This document shows positions 10,050 to 19,372 of a stretch of DNA of 64,000 nucleotides, one piece after another. The stretch covers positions 10,500-74,499 of the forward strand of contig CAXXFV010000005.1 in NCBI GenBank assembly GCA_963674595.2, given 5' to 3'. The notes beneath the pieces were generated by a model. The model was not told the DNA's origin and made no database searches. It saw only the letters and a list, made by a program, of their open reading frames with translations. The DNA comes from a bacterium. Its GTDB lineage: Bacteria > Zhuqueibacterota > Zhuqueibacteria > Residuimicrobiales > Krinioviventaceae. Both the position numbers and the translations under genes were made by a program. Within the stretch, counting starts at the first letter, position 1. Each line of letters opens with the position of its first letter.

Positions 10050-11927
10050 ATGCGCATTACGATTATGAATAATATTCGGCGCAGTATAAAAATTTTTCTT
10101 GATCTCATTTTGGTTGCTTTAGCCTATTATGCAGCTTTTAATATTAGGCTTGATGGAGATATAGTTGAACCTTATAAGTCTACGATGAAGGAGACTTTCT
10201 TCTATGTATTAATGATTTATTTTGTTGTGTTTTTAGTTGTGGGGCTTTATCGTGGTGTTTGGAGGTACTCGTCTATTCGTGATCTCGGTTTAATAATGCT
10301 TTCAAATACGATCAGTGCTGTTATTTGTCTGTTAGTTTTTCATGAGTTTGGCATATCTAGTGTACCGCGTTCAGTGATTGTTATCTTTTGGCTTTTAGTT
10401 TTAATATCGGTTGGCGGTGTTCGTTTTGCATATAGAACATTTACTTTATATCTTCCAATGTTGGTTCATAATCGAAAACATGTTCTGGTTATTGGTGCAG
10501 GGAATGCAGGGGAAATGTTGGTACGTCAGGCTTTAAAGGAACCCACTCTTGGCTACAAGCCCGTTGCGCTTATTGATGATAATGTAAAACTTCAAGGCAG
10601 CCAAATACACGGTATACGGGTAATTGGAAAAGTATCTGATATTCCAAAAATTATTAAAAAGCACCATATTGATGAAATAATTATTGCTGCACCATCTGCA
10701 AATGCCACTCAAATGCGTCGTATTGTTAATTTTTGTGAACAAGGAAATGTTCCTTTTAAAACGTTGCCCGGACCAAAGGAAATTATAAACGGAGATGTAA
10801 TTATTAGCAAAATTCGAGAAGTGAAAATAGAGGACCTATTAGAACGTTCTCCTGTTGAAGCCGATTCTAATAGTTTGAAAAAATATTTTGAAAACAAGGT
10901 AATTCTCGTTACTGGAGCTGCCGGCTCTATCGGTTCTGAGTTGTGTCGACAATTGTCTAATTTTCCAATATCGAGGTTGATTGCCCTTGATCGGGCTGAA
11001 AGTGATTTGTTTGATCTTGAGCATGAACTGTATAGTATCTGTTCAAAGCGCAAAGATTGTTTGAAATGTATTATTGCTGATATTACTCACACTTTTGAAC
11101 TTGAAAAGGTGTTTGCTTTTTATAAACCTCATATTGTTTTTCACGCTGCTGCTTATAAACATGTTCCTTTTATGGAGTATTTTCCCGAACAGGCTGTTAA
11201 AAATAATGTATTTGGAACTATTAATGTTTCTACTATCGCGGAAAAATATGGAGTAGATCGATTTATTATGATTTCGACTGACAAAGCCGTCAATCCTTCC
11301 AGCATAATGGGAGCTACAAAACGACTAAGTGAATTATATTGTGTTTCAAAAAATGGTCATACAACATTGAAACATATAGTAGTACGTTTTGGAAATGTAC
11401 TTGCTAGCAAAGGAAGTGTAATTCCGTTATTTCAACAACAAATTCGAAACGGTGGTCCAATTACTGTAACCAGTAAAAAGATTAATCGTTTTTTTATGAC
11501 AATTCCCGAAGCCGTTGGTTTGGTTTTAATGGCTGGGACATCTGGTATTGGCGGAGAAATATTCATTCTTGATATGGGGGACCCTGTCAATATTTATACT
11601 ATGGCTAAACATCTGGTTTCGTTATCCGGTCTTGTGCTTGATAAAGATGTAAAAATTGAGATTACTGGTTTACGTCCTGGAGAAAAGCTTTATGAAGAAT
11701 TATGGAACAAGGAAGAAAATCCCGTTGCTACAGATATGCCCAAAGTTTTAAAATCGACCCAGGTTTCTCAAAATGGTAATATAAAAGCGGACAAGTTAAA
11801 TCTTTTAAAACAATTTGCAGATGCTGGAGATAGAAATAAAATTGTAAAATTACTACAGGAAATGGTACCAACTGCGCAATTCGAAAAAAGTATCATTCAT
11901 GAATCAATTAAACAGTATGCAGGATAA
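10050..11927 (+). CDS. Membrane-bound nucleoside-diphosphate sugar 4,6-dehydratase (PglF/CapD/WbpM)
   Basis: N-terminal TM helices, IGAGNAG, VTGAAGSIGSEL, HAAAYKHVP, STDKAVNP, RFGNVLAS. Confidence 0.92.
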   Translation: MRITIMNNIRRSIKIFLDLILVALAYYAAFNIRLDGDIVEPYKSTMKETFFYVLMIYFVVFLVVGLYRGVWRYSSIRDLGLIMLSNTISAVICLLVFHEFGISSVPRSVIVIFWLLVLISVGGVRFAYRTFTLYLPMLVHNRKHVLVIGAGNAGEMLVRQALKEPTLGYKPVALIDDNVKLQGSQIHGIRVIGKVSDIPKIIKKHHIDEIIIAAPSANATQMRRIVNFCEQGNVPFKTLPGPKEIINGDVIISKIREVKIEDLLERSPVEADSNSLKKYFENKVILVTGAAGSIGSELCRQLSNFPISRLIALDRAESDLFDLEHELYSICSKRKDCLKCIIADITHTFELEKVFAFYKPHIVFHAAAYKHVPFMEYFPEQAVKNNVFGTINVSTIAEKYGVDRFIMISTDKAVNPSSIMGATKRLSELYCVSKNGHTTLKHIVVRFGNVLASKGSVIPLFQQQIRNGGPITVTSKKINRFFMTIPEAVGLVLMAGTSGIGGEIFILDMGDPVNIYTMAKHLVSLSGLVLDKDVKIEITGLRPGEKLYEELWNKEENPVATDMPKVLKSTQVSQNGNIKADKLNLLKQFADAGDRNKIVKLLQEMVPTAQFEKSIIHESIKQYAG

Positions 11928-11933
11928 TATAAT

Positions 11934-13475
11934 ATGTCTGTAGAGAAAGTTTTTAATATAACACTTTTAAAGTTATTTTGTTATACATTGATATTGTTTT
12001 TGGGCCCGGTTTATTTGTATGCCGGGTCTTTTGCTTTTAATGATTGGCGGAATGATTATCTTTTGTTGATTCATAAACGAGGTGATTTTGGTCAAAAATC
12101 TCTTGGTGTATGGCCAATTGGAATGAGAGAAGCTAAATTACTTTCGATTAAGAAAGAAATTTGGCTGAATAATCTACTTTTTGATATTTTTACTAATGAC
12201 AATACAATTGATCAATCAGATTATTCAGAAACAGGTATTTCATTATCATCTGGTTTTCGGGAAAATGTTAAGAGTGTTTCCCCTAATATTTCTATATTTA
12301 GCCAGAGTTGGGTCAGATTGTTACCTAAATTATCTTTTTTTTTAAGGATTCGTGCAACAAGTGATATACATGGAATTCCTTCATTTACAGGGATAGACAG
12401 AGGTTCGCGATTTGGGTTTAAAGCTGCTGAGGCCGATTATTTTGTACTAAATTATGAAGGAAAGTATGGTGGGTTGAGCTTTGGCCGGATGCGTCATGAA
12501 TGGTCTGCTGAACCTGGTGGTTCATTGTTATTGTCATCAACAAGTTCAAGTTATGATGGTGGATCGGGTTATTTAAAGTATGGCCCTTTTAGTTTATATT
12601 TTGTATCTGCTTATTTAGAGTCGTTTAATACTGCGGATAGTTCATATATGACACATCGATATCTTGCAGGTCACTATTTGACCTTTAAGAATAAGGGATT
12701 ATTACTATCGCTTGGTGAAAGCATTATATATGCAGGTAAAAATCGACCATTTGATGTTGTTTATACCATACCTTTTATGACGTATGTTGAGGCAGACTAT
12801 AATAAAAGATTTAATCAGGTTGGTCCTGAAATAGATAATGCCCTAATTCATTTTTCTATGCGATATCAGTTTATAAATAAATGGTCAATATTTGGAGAGT
12901 TTATTGTTGATGAATTACAAATTGATAGCGAAGATAGCAAGAAATATCCCAACGCTATGGGATATCGATGTGGATTTAATATACCATTTGGCTCAATTTT
13001 AAAATATAGTGTGTTAAGTGTTGAATATGCTAGTATTGGTACATGGGTATATCGTTATCATCAGGAATATGGCAATTATGCTTCACGTGGTATCAGTTTA
13101 GGATGGCCAGATGGAAGTGATATTAAAAAAGTGCAAATTTCCTGGCTTGGATTGCCTTTTTCCAAACTATATTTACGTGCTAATTGTTTTTATAGTCGGT
13201 CAGGTGAGGAAAATTTTATTTATAATATTTATAATCCTGAGGTTTTTGAAAAACGGTCTTTTCCCAGTGGTGTTGTTGAAGAACAATTTGGCTTTTTAAC
13301 GGTTCTAAGGTATCAGCCACGTCAACATTTACGAATAGAATTTTTTAATGAATGTATTTGGATGAAAAATGAAAATCATATAAGCGGTAGAGAATCAAAT
13401 ATTTTTCGTATAGGGATTAAATTTGAAACAGATGTAGGTTATTCTTTTTTCCCTAAAAGCTTTATCAAATATTAA
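11934..13475 (+). CDS. Capsule assembly Wzi-like outer-membrane beta-barrel protein
   Basis: Signal peptide, GR-x-x-x-x-W...SLLLS, aromatic-rich beta strands, GEFIVDE, LGWPDGSD; last gene of the polysaccharide locus. Confidence 0.65.
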   Translation: MSVEKVFNITLLKLFCYTLILFLGPVYLYAGSFAFNDWRNDYLLLIHKRGDFGQKSLGVWPIGMREAKLLSIKKEIWLNNLLFDIFTNDNTIDQSDYSETGISLSSGFRENVKSVSPNISIFSQSWVRLLPKLSFFLRIRATSDIHGIPSFTGIDRGSRFGFKAAEADYFVLNYEGKYGGLSFGRMRHEWSAEPGGSLLLSSTSSSYDGGSGYLKYGPFSLYFVSAYLESFNTADSSYMTHRYLAGHYLTFKNKGLLLSLGESIIYAGKNRPFDVVYTIPFMTYVEADYNKRFNQVGPEIDNALIHFSMRYQFINKWSIFGEFIVDELQIDSEDSKKYPNAMGYRCGFNIPFGSILKYSVLSVEYASIGTWVYRYHQEYGNYASRGISLGWPDGSDIKKVQISWLGLPFSKLYLRANCFYSRSGEENFIYNIYNPEVFEKRSFPSGVVEEQFGFLTVLRYQPRQHLRIEFFNECIWMKNENHISGRESNIFRIGIKFETDVGYSFFPKSFIKY

Positions 13476-13519
13476 ATAAACGTAATAAAAAAGTTTTGAT
13501 TTATATAGATCGTTCTGAA

Positions 13520-13692
13520 TGTCAGGGGCGCTTGAAAATGTACTACTTGTTCGGGTGGTACATTTTAAGTTCCCCCTGGAATCTTCCTCCAATTATCCGA
13601 AGGCAGTTTAGTAACAATGAACATTTTTTTCAACCTGATAATGGCCGCTTTTAAAGTGCACTAAAGTGGCCGTTTTTGTGTACCCGATGACA
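13520..13692. mobile_element. IS21-family miniature (internally deleted) element, 173 bp
   Basis: Bounded by TGTCA...TGACA, with repeated subterminal motifs (AAAATGTACTACT; AAAAACGGCCACT/AAAAGCGGCCA on the - strand) as in IS21 ends. The ends resemble those of 24382-24729. No ORF and no clear TSD. Confidence 0.65.
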
Positions 13693-13963
13693 TCAATGCC
13701 TGATGTTTTATAGATTAATATTCTGAAAGTTAATCGTTTTCGAGGCTATAATATCTTATTAAAGTGGCCTAACGATCAGTTTATGCGATACATCCAACAG
13801 TAGCACTCAGATTGATACGCTTTAAAACATTCTTAACTGCGCAGACCAATCCATCTAAAGAAACGTACAATAGACGACCTAAGTCGTTAGAAAATTTATA
13901 TTAAAAAGACAAGAAAGTCCAATCGCGTCAGTATGAAACGTTGGTTGACCACTTCCTTTTAAA

Positions 13964-15382
13964 TCATTGAAAGACACCCTGTATATACCCAAGTACCTCT
14001 TTGGGCTGATTTAAAATTTGATTAAATAATAACTTTGATGAAAAATATGGATATTTTTTTAAAAATTTCCATATTCTTCTGTTTTTCTTAAAAATTTTAA
14101 AACCAATTTCATCCCTTATTTTCTCCAGATCTTGAGATGATAAACTATAAGTCCTTACATTTGCATGAAACAGGTCATATTTAGAATAATCATCTTTATT
14201 GGTAATTAATTCCTGCAGGAGAAGATCATTACGAATCTCGGTTTTTGGAAATGGTGTTAGAATGAGAAAAAGGGGGATATCTACATTGATATGATTAGCG
14301 AATTGAAAATTTTCATAAATAATTTCACGTGTATCACCCGGATTCCCGATAATGAATGATCCAATCACAGTAACACCATAACCCTGTAATTCATTAATGA
14401 CATCTTTGGTTCCAGAAAAGTCAAGAGATTTAGTATCCAAAAAATTAGTGTTTTTATCGAAACTATTTTCTATACCCAGAAAGCATATATCCACTCCAGC
14501 CTCTGCCATTAGTTTAGGTAATCCAGGCGCTCGTGTTAAACCAGGAATACTCGCCTGAACAGCATACTTTATATTATTCAACTTGTTTTTTACAATTTCT
14601 TGACAAATATGCTCAAAACGCACTGAATCTACTGTTATATTATCATCCGCTATTAGAATTGCTCGAGCACCATTGTCATATGAATTTTTAATATCTTGTA
14701 TAACACGTTCAATTTTATATTTTCTGAACGTTGAACCATACATCTGTCTAATACTGCAAAATTTACAGCGATTAACACATCCCCGGGATGTTTCAATAAC
14801 ATCCGCAGGTATTCCTAGAATGTGAAATCCCTTATTTAAAATTCGATTCTCTCTATCTGGAAATTTTACATAATCCAAATCAAGGACTTTATCCATAGGA
14901 TTATGGACAGCAATTCCATTGTCTATATATGAGAGAGAAGGGATTTTATGGTATTGCTTCTTCCCCCGAATCTGTTCTATGAGCAGGTTAAATGTGATTT
15001 CACCTTCATTTCTTAGAATAAAATCAATGTATTGTTTTTGATCACTTGCAAATATATTTTCAAAATCAATTGTAGGATGATAACCGCCTAAAACAATTTT
15101 AATCTGGCTATTATATTCTTTCACCAATCTGACAAGTTGCATTGTATTATCAAATTGAAAAGTCATACAACTGAATCCAACAACATCTGGTCTATAGAAT
15201 TTGAGGATTTTAAGTAAAAATTGATCAACTCTGTTTTTAATTAAAACAAGATCCAGTATTTTTATATCTATATCATCGTTTAATATATTTGAAGCAATAG
15301 AATTCAAGCCCAGGTTTGGAAGTTTTGTGAGTCTATCAAACCCTAAAATTGTTTTAGGACTACCAATAAGTAAAATGCGCAT
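13964..15382 (-). CDS. B12-binding radical SAM protein (class B methyltransferase-like)
   Basis: Cobalamin-binding N-terminal domain (PDVVGFS, LGGYHPT), ETSRGCVNRCKFC CX3CX2C motif, ADDN. Confidence 0.9.
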   Translation of the reverse strand: MRILLIGSPKTILGFDRLTKLPNLGLNSIASNILNDDIDIKILDLVLIKNRVDQFLLKILKFYRPDVVGFSCMTFQFDNTMQLVRLVKEYNSQIKIVLGGYHPTIDFENIFASDQKQYIDFILRNEGEITFNLLIEQIRGKKQYHKIPSLSYIDNGIAVHNPMDKVLDLDYVKFPDRENRILNKGFHILGIPADVIETSRGCVNRCKFCSIRQMYGSTFRKYKIERVIQDIKNSYDNGARAILIADDNITVDSVRFEHICQEIVKNKLNNIKYAVQASIPGLTRAPGLPKLMAEAGVDICFLGIENSFDKNTNFLDTKSLDFSGTKDVINELQGYGVTVIGSFIIGNPGDTREIIYENFQFANHINVDIPLFLILTPFPKTEIRNDLLLQELITNKDDYSKYDLFHANVRTYSLSSQDLEKIRDEIGFKIFKKNRRIWKFLKKYPYFSSKLLFNQILNQPKEVLGYIQGVFQ

Positions 15383-15479
15383 AAAAATTGTATGCCTTTT
15401 TTATGGTTAACGGTAAAATTCAGTTGCCTGCAGAATTAATACACAGGACTTCAACAGTGTAATAACGTTATTTTTATTC

Positions 15480-15556
15480 TAAATTTGCTATATTTTAGTG
15501 GACAAAGTTAATCTCCTTTTATATTATAAACCAAAGGAGGTGTCCACAGGACAAAC
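15480..15556 (+). mobile_element. IS3-family left-end remnant (copy 1 of 4)
   Basis: TAAATTTGCTATATTTTAGTGGACAAAGTTAA...GGAGGTGTCCAC resembles the IS3 left end (TAGTGGACAC...GAGGTG..CACATG); the same sequence occurs at 28904, 31523 and 31867. Confidence 0.6.
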
Positions 15557-15930
15557 ACTCGATGGTAAATTTTTAAAATACAAAAACAGTAATTCGCACA
15601 TCGGTTTGTATTTTTTAAGATGATTTAATTTTTTAAAAATAAAAACAAGAGAGGTATTTGTCAGGGATAAACAAACAGTCTTTATTCTACTGAATAATTT
15701 TAGGATGGTAAGAACAGGAATGTGGTTATGGACCGGCACAACAATTTATTCCTCGTATTTGCTTTTAAAACCCATATTATAAAAAGTACTGATTCAGCTA
15801 AAGGACATCAGGAATTCCCGTATTCGACCAAATTGTCCTGAAAACAATCCTTTATATTTGACAGATAATGATACAAATTTTTAATTTTTCCCACAAGTTG
15901 TTTTTAAAAAATTTATATTTTTTTTCTGCT

Positions 15931-16056
15931 TGAAAAGCACACAGGTTTTCTACTATATTATCAAATTATTAAGCCCGTACACCACTCTTTAAAACACCAA
16001 AGCCCCACATATTTGCAGGGCTTGATAAATGATTGAATTCCATTATTATTGGTTTT
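15931..16056. repeat. Dispersed ~125-bp repeat R3 (copy 1 of 3) with AAGCCC-N12-GGGCTT inverted repeat
   Basis: Aligns by eye with 28761-28884 and 29595-29722. Confidence 0.65.
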
Positions 16057-16356
16057 TAGCTCTCTATAATCACCACCTTCTTTTATATAATTTAACATTT
16101 ATATCCATCATCTCACATCAATCCAGACATGGGCAATACTACTTCAGTTTTCTATCACTTCAACAACCTTTAAATCCATCCAACATCTTCAAGAACCTCT
16201 TTTAGAAATATATGATGCAATTTTGGATGAATTCGAGAATTAAACAGTTTATGCTTTATTTGTTTTAGATCCTCGTTTCTATTTCCATTTATTATCCCTG
16301 CTCCCGCCGATCTAATAGTTGATTCTATCAGTCAGGAATACATTATAATCCTTGTA

Positions 16357-16920
16357 CTAGATATTAATACTTAATTGTTCCGAATAAACTTTTATTAATT
16401 CATTCCAGGGCTGTTTTTGAGATAATAAAGGCCATTTATGACTCGTGGTTGCCAATTGATGCAATGCCTCAAATGTCTTGTTCCCAACATAACGATTAGC
16501 AAATTGAAACACATATCTTCCAATTAAGGCACTATCGATCTCCGGCATATTTCTTAAATTCAACTGAAGAGTCTGTAAAGACATTTGACGCTTCATATAA
16601 TCCTGGTGCCCGGACCGGTTCCATTGTGACGGGCTAATGAGAATATAAGAATCAAATATCTCTTTACAGATCGTCAATTGAGTTTGAGTGACATGGGCAT
16701 TCACATCCCATGTCATGTTACTGTTTATGCTCTGCTCATGATCCTCAATCACTGCAAACGCAATATTGTGATGTTGTTTAGTTTTGTATAATCTTTCACT
16801 ATAATCAAGATGTCTAAAATATTTTATTGTTCCGGTGTTTATATATTTACCATACTGGTCCCAGATGGTCAAACCGGTAAAACTACCTGGGGAAATACTC
16901 ACAAATGTCATGTTATTCAT
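16357..16920 (-). CDS. RuvC/RNase H-fold protein, probably catalytically altered
   Basis: FVSISPGSFTGLTIW (Ser in place of the DPG Asp), AVIED, ISPSQW, EIDSALIG; paralogue of the adjacent gene; likely start 16920. Confidence 0.6.
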   Translation of the reverse strand: MNNMTFVSISPGSFTGLTIWDQYGKYINTGTIKYFRHLDYSERLYKTKQHHNIAFAVIEDHEQSINSNMTWDVNAHVTQTQLTICKEIFDSYILISPSQWNRSGHQDYMKRQMSLQTLQLNLRNMPEIDSALIGRYVFQFANRYVGNKTFEALHQLATTSHKWPLLSQKQPWNELIKVYSEQLSINI

Positions 16921-16936
16921 AATCACACCTTTTATT

Positions 16937-17521
16937 TTAATTTTCAAGCCATGGTTTTAATTGATTGACAGTCGGATATGGCAGTTGTTCAAAAGCCATC
17001 TGTTTCATGGCAATAAATCCAGCCCCATTCGTGTCGAAATCAATAATTTCAAAAGTTAGTTTCCCCATAAGAGCTGAATCAGTTTGATGAGAATTGGGCA
17101 GTTGTTCTCCAAATAGATCCCTGGCCCATTGTCGTTTAAATTTATCTTTACATTTATTCCGGTTCCACTGCGTGTGAAAGATTAGGATGTGATCCGGGAA
17201 CACTTCTTTACATACCTGGATTTGAATTGAGACTTTATATGAGTTTTTTCTTTTCATACCGATAAACGGTTTGTAATCTTCCAGAAGGATAAATTCAAGC
17301 TTGTACTCTTTCTCAATGTGTTCCAGTAACAGTCTGTATTGTTGTGTGTCTTTAAAGGGTAGATTCTTTGAACAAACCTTTGATCCCATACTGTTAAACA
17401 CACTGATCCCACCGGGATTGCCCGGATCAACCGCACCCCAAAATCTGTTTAAATTCGACATGGTTTCTGTCTTTTGAGATTCCACCAAAGCTGTAATCAT
17501 ACTATTCTGTAATCGAATCAT
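16937..17521 (-). CDS. RuvC-like Holliday junction resolvase (phage type)
   Basis: GAVDPGNPGGISV, ILLED, TQW, QTDSALMG: the RuvC D...E...D pattern. Confidence 0.7.
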   Translation of the reverse strand: MIRLQNSMITALVESQKTETMSNLNRFWGAVDPGNPGGISVFNSMGSKVCSKNLPFKDTQQYRLLLEHIEKEYKLEFILLEDYKPFIGMKRKNSYKVSIQIQVCKEVFPDHILIFHTQWNRNKCKDKFKRQWARDLFGEQLPNSHQTDSALMGKLTFEIIDFDTNGAGFIAMKQMAFEQLPYPTVNQLKPWLEN

Positions 17522-17535
17522 GTCAAACTCCTTTT

Positions 17536-18075
17536 CTATTTCTCATTGATACTAGATAATTCAATTTTTTTCCATTTTAATTCTCTGGACATCGTATCTG
17601 TCGTAAACTGTTTTTTCTCTTCTACCTTGCGGTTATTTTTATAAGCATCCAAAAAAAGTTTGCGTGTGGCGGCAATGGCAGTGGTGGATCGTATTTCAGG
17701 TCCCCACTGTACAAGAAGAGGATATAAATGCCCTTCACCGTTTTTCTGCATTCGTTTTTCTATCACCATCATCATACAGGAACCAATGGATGGATCATAA
17801 AAATGGTCAAGATACATTTTAATCCGATTCCATGCCACTTGAGCTTGCTGTTGAAGAGGATCCTGTCCCCGTAAATCTGCCGGTGACGGGAAAAAAGCAT
17901 TTTTATTTCTAAAATATAAAACAGCATTCTTTTCAATTTCCTTAAAACTCAGGTCCTGTAATATCTTGAAATAAAAATCTATCTTCTCTACGGTCAACGG
18001 TTGTTTATTATTCACAGCAACAGTTTCCATTTGCCACATGAGTTTTGAAAAACATTCTCTATCTTTTTCAGTCAT
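17536..18075 (-). CDS. Phage replication-region protein (DUF6475/loader-inhibitor-like)
   Basis: MTxxDRxxF...IDFYFKILQDL...FFPSPADLR...AQVAW...RKLFLDAY pattern seen in genes following phage replication initiators. Confidence 0.5.
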   Translation of the reverse strand: MTEKDRECFSKLMWQMETVAVNNKQPLTVEKIDFYFKILQDLSFKEIEKNAVLYFRNKNAFFPSPADLRGQDPLQQQAQVAWNRIKMYLDHFYDPSIGSCMMMVIEKRMQKNGEGHLYPLLVQWGPEIRSTTAIAATRKLFLDAYKNNRKVEEKKQFTTDTMSRELKWKKIELSSINEK

Positions 18076-18239
18076 ATATCAACCTCTATGATAAGACATT
18101 AAGATGTTACCTTTTTATTAATTTCATAATCAATAGATGTTACATCTGTTGATTGATTATTTTTTATCAAATTTCTCAGGCCGTCGTATTTAAACGACGA
18201 CCCGGAGTATTAAAAGAACATGGCAACAAACCAAAATTC

Positions 18240-18650
18240 CTAAAACGGCAGGTCATCTGCCGGTTCATCAGGGAAATTTGTTTGTTGTTCCTGTTCATAG
18301 GTTTGACTGTATTGTAAAATCTGCACCTGTTCTGCTTGTATTTCTGTCATATATTGCTTGTTGCCATCTTTATCATCCCAGGAACGAGTGGCAAGCTTGC
18401 CTTCGATATAAACCAGATCACCTTTTTTAGCATATTGAGAAATCATTTCAGCGGTTTTTCGCCATATAACGACACGATGCCATTCTGTTTTTTGGACAAT
18501 TTCTCCGTCCTGGGATTTATAGGATGTATTGGTTGCCATGTTTAACGTCACAACAGCCACCTCGGAATTGGTGTATTTGATTTCCGGGTCTTTACCTAAT
18601 CGACCGATTAACATGACTTTGTTTAATGTTGCTTTACTATTGTATGCCAT
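18240..18650 (-). CDS. ssb: Single-stranded DNA-binding protein
   Basis: LNKVMLIGRLGKDPE, TEWHRVV, KGDLVYIEGKL, acidic DDLPF tail. Confidence 0.96.
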   Translation of the reverse strand: MAYNSKATLNKVMLIGRLGKDPEIKYTNSEVAVVTLNMATNTSYKSQDGEIVQKTEWHRVVIWRKTAEMISQYAKKGDLVYIEGKLATRSWDDKDGNKQYMTEIQAEQVQILQYSQTYEQEQQTNFPDEPADDLPF

Positions 18651-18655
18651 TTTTA

Positions 18656-19372
18656 TTACCTCACTCGTATATCATCTTTTGAATAAACTCTAATGCCTTG
18701 AAATTTATCAACAGCATCTTTTTTTAATTTTTGTACTTGAGCGTTAATTTTTGAACGGGACGGTTCGCATAGTTCCGGGTGATGTTGACACACCAGGTCC
18801 GGATCTGTTATGTCATATTTCCAGTAGGTCACAACACTTGAAGTCGCCTGAATGGATTGAACCGATGATTTTGCGACAATCTCCTGACTTGCTACATGTT
18901 TGACAGCTTTATCCAGTGCCTGCTTTGTTTCTTCATCACCCGCAGCTTGTTTGGCTTGTTCAAGTTCTTTGATTTGTTGTGCTTTCTCTGCTTTTAAACG
19001 TTGTTCTTCTTTGTGTTTTTTCCCCTTTTGATATGCCAAAAGTTTTGATCGCAGCATGCCATTCAGCTTTTCAACTTCATTTGTTAAATTTTTAAATGGC
19101 TGCTCTTTTGTTTTTATCTGTTCCTTTAATTCTTTTACCGATTCTTTTTTAGCACTATCAAGGTACTTTATAAATTTTGATATTTTTCCGGTATAATCGG
19201 TCACCTCAAAAATAGTAGCATCATCAACCGTTATATCGACAACTGTTAACCGAATGTCTGTATATGTTGAGATGATCATTACGTCATCTATTTCTGCCAA
19301 CTCCGGTAACGCTTCTGCTTCAATGACATCAGGTACACCATTCAAAATGCTGTCGAAAAAATCATTTTCCAT
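18656..19372 (-). CDS. Phage coiled-coil protein of recombination modules (Gp157/Gam-like)
   Basis: Long coiled coil and C-terminal WKYDITDPDLV...P...KI...GIRVY motif; lies between the annealase and ssb. Confidence 0.5.
   Translation of the reverse strand: MENDFFDSILNGVPDVIEAEALPELAEIDDVMIISTYTDIRLTVVDITVDDATIFEVTDYTGKISKFIKYLDSAKKESVKELKEQIKTKEQPFKNLTNEVEKLNGMLRSKLLAYQKGKKHKEEQRLKAEKAQQIKELEQAKQAAGDEETKQALDKAVKHVASQEIVAKSSVQSIQATSSVVTYWKYDITDPDLVCQHHPELCEPSRSKINAQVQKLKKDAVDKFQGIRVYSKDDIRVR

Noticed and set aside
16357-17521. TnpB/Cas12/TIGR-Tas-type RNA-guided RuvC nucleases using the array as guides
   Set aside because: The proteins are ~190-aa stand-alone RuvC folds with no recognisable RNA-binding or Zn-finger domains. 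They sit in a phage recombination operon 15 kb from the array.
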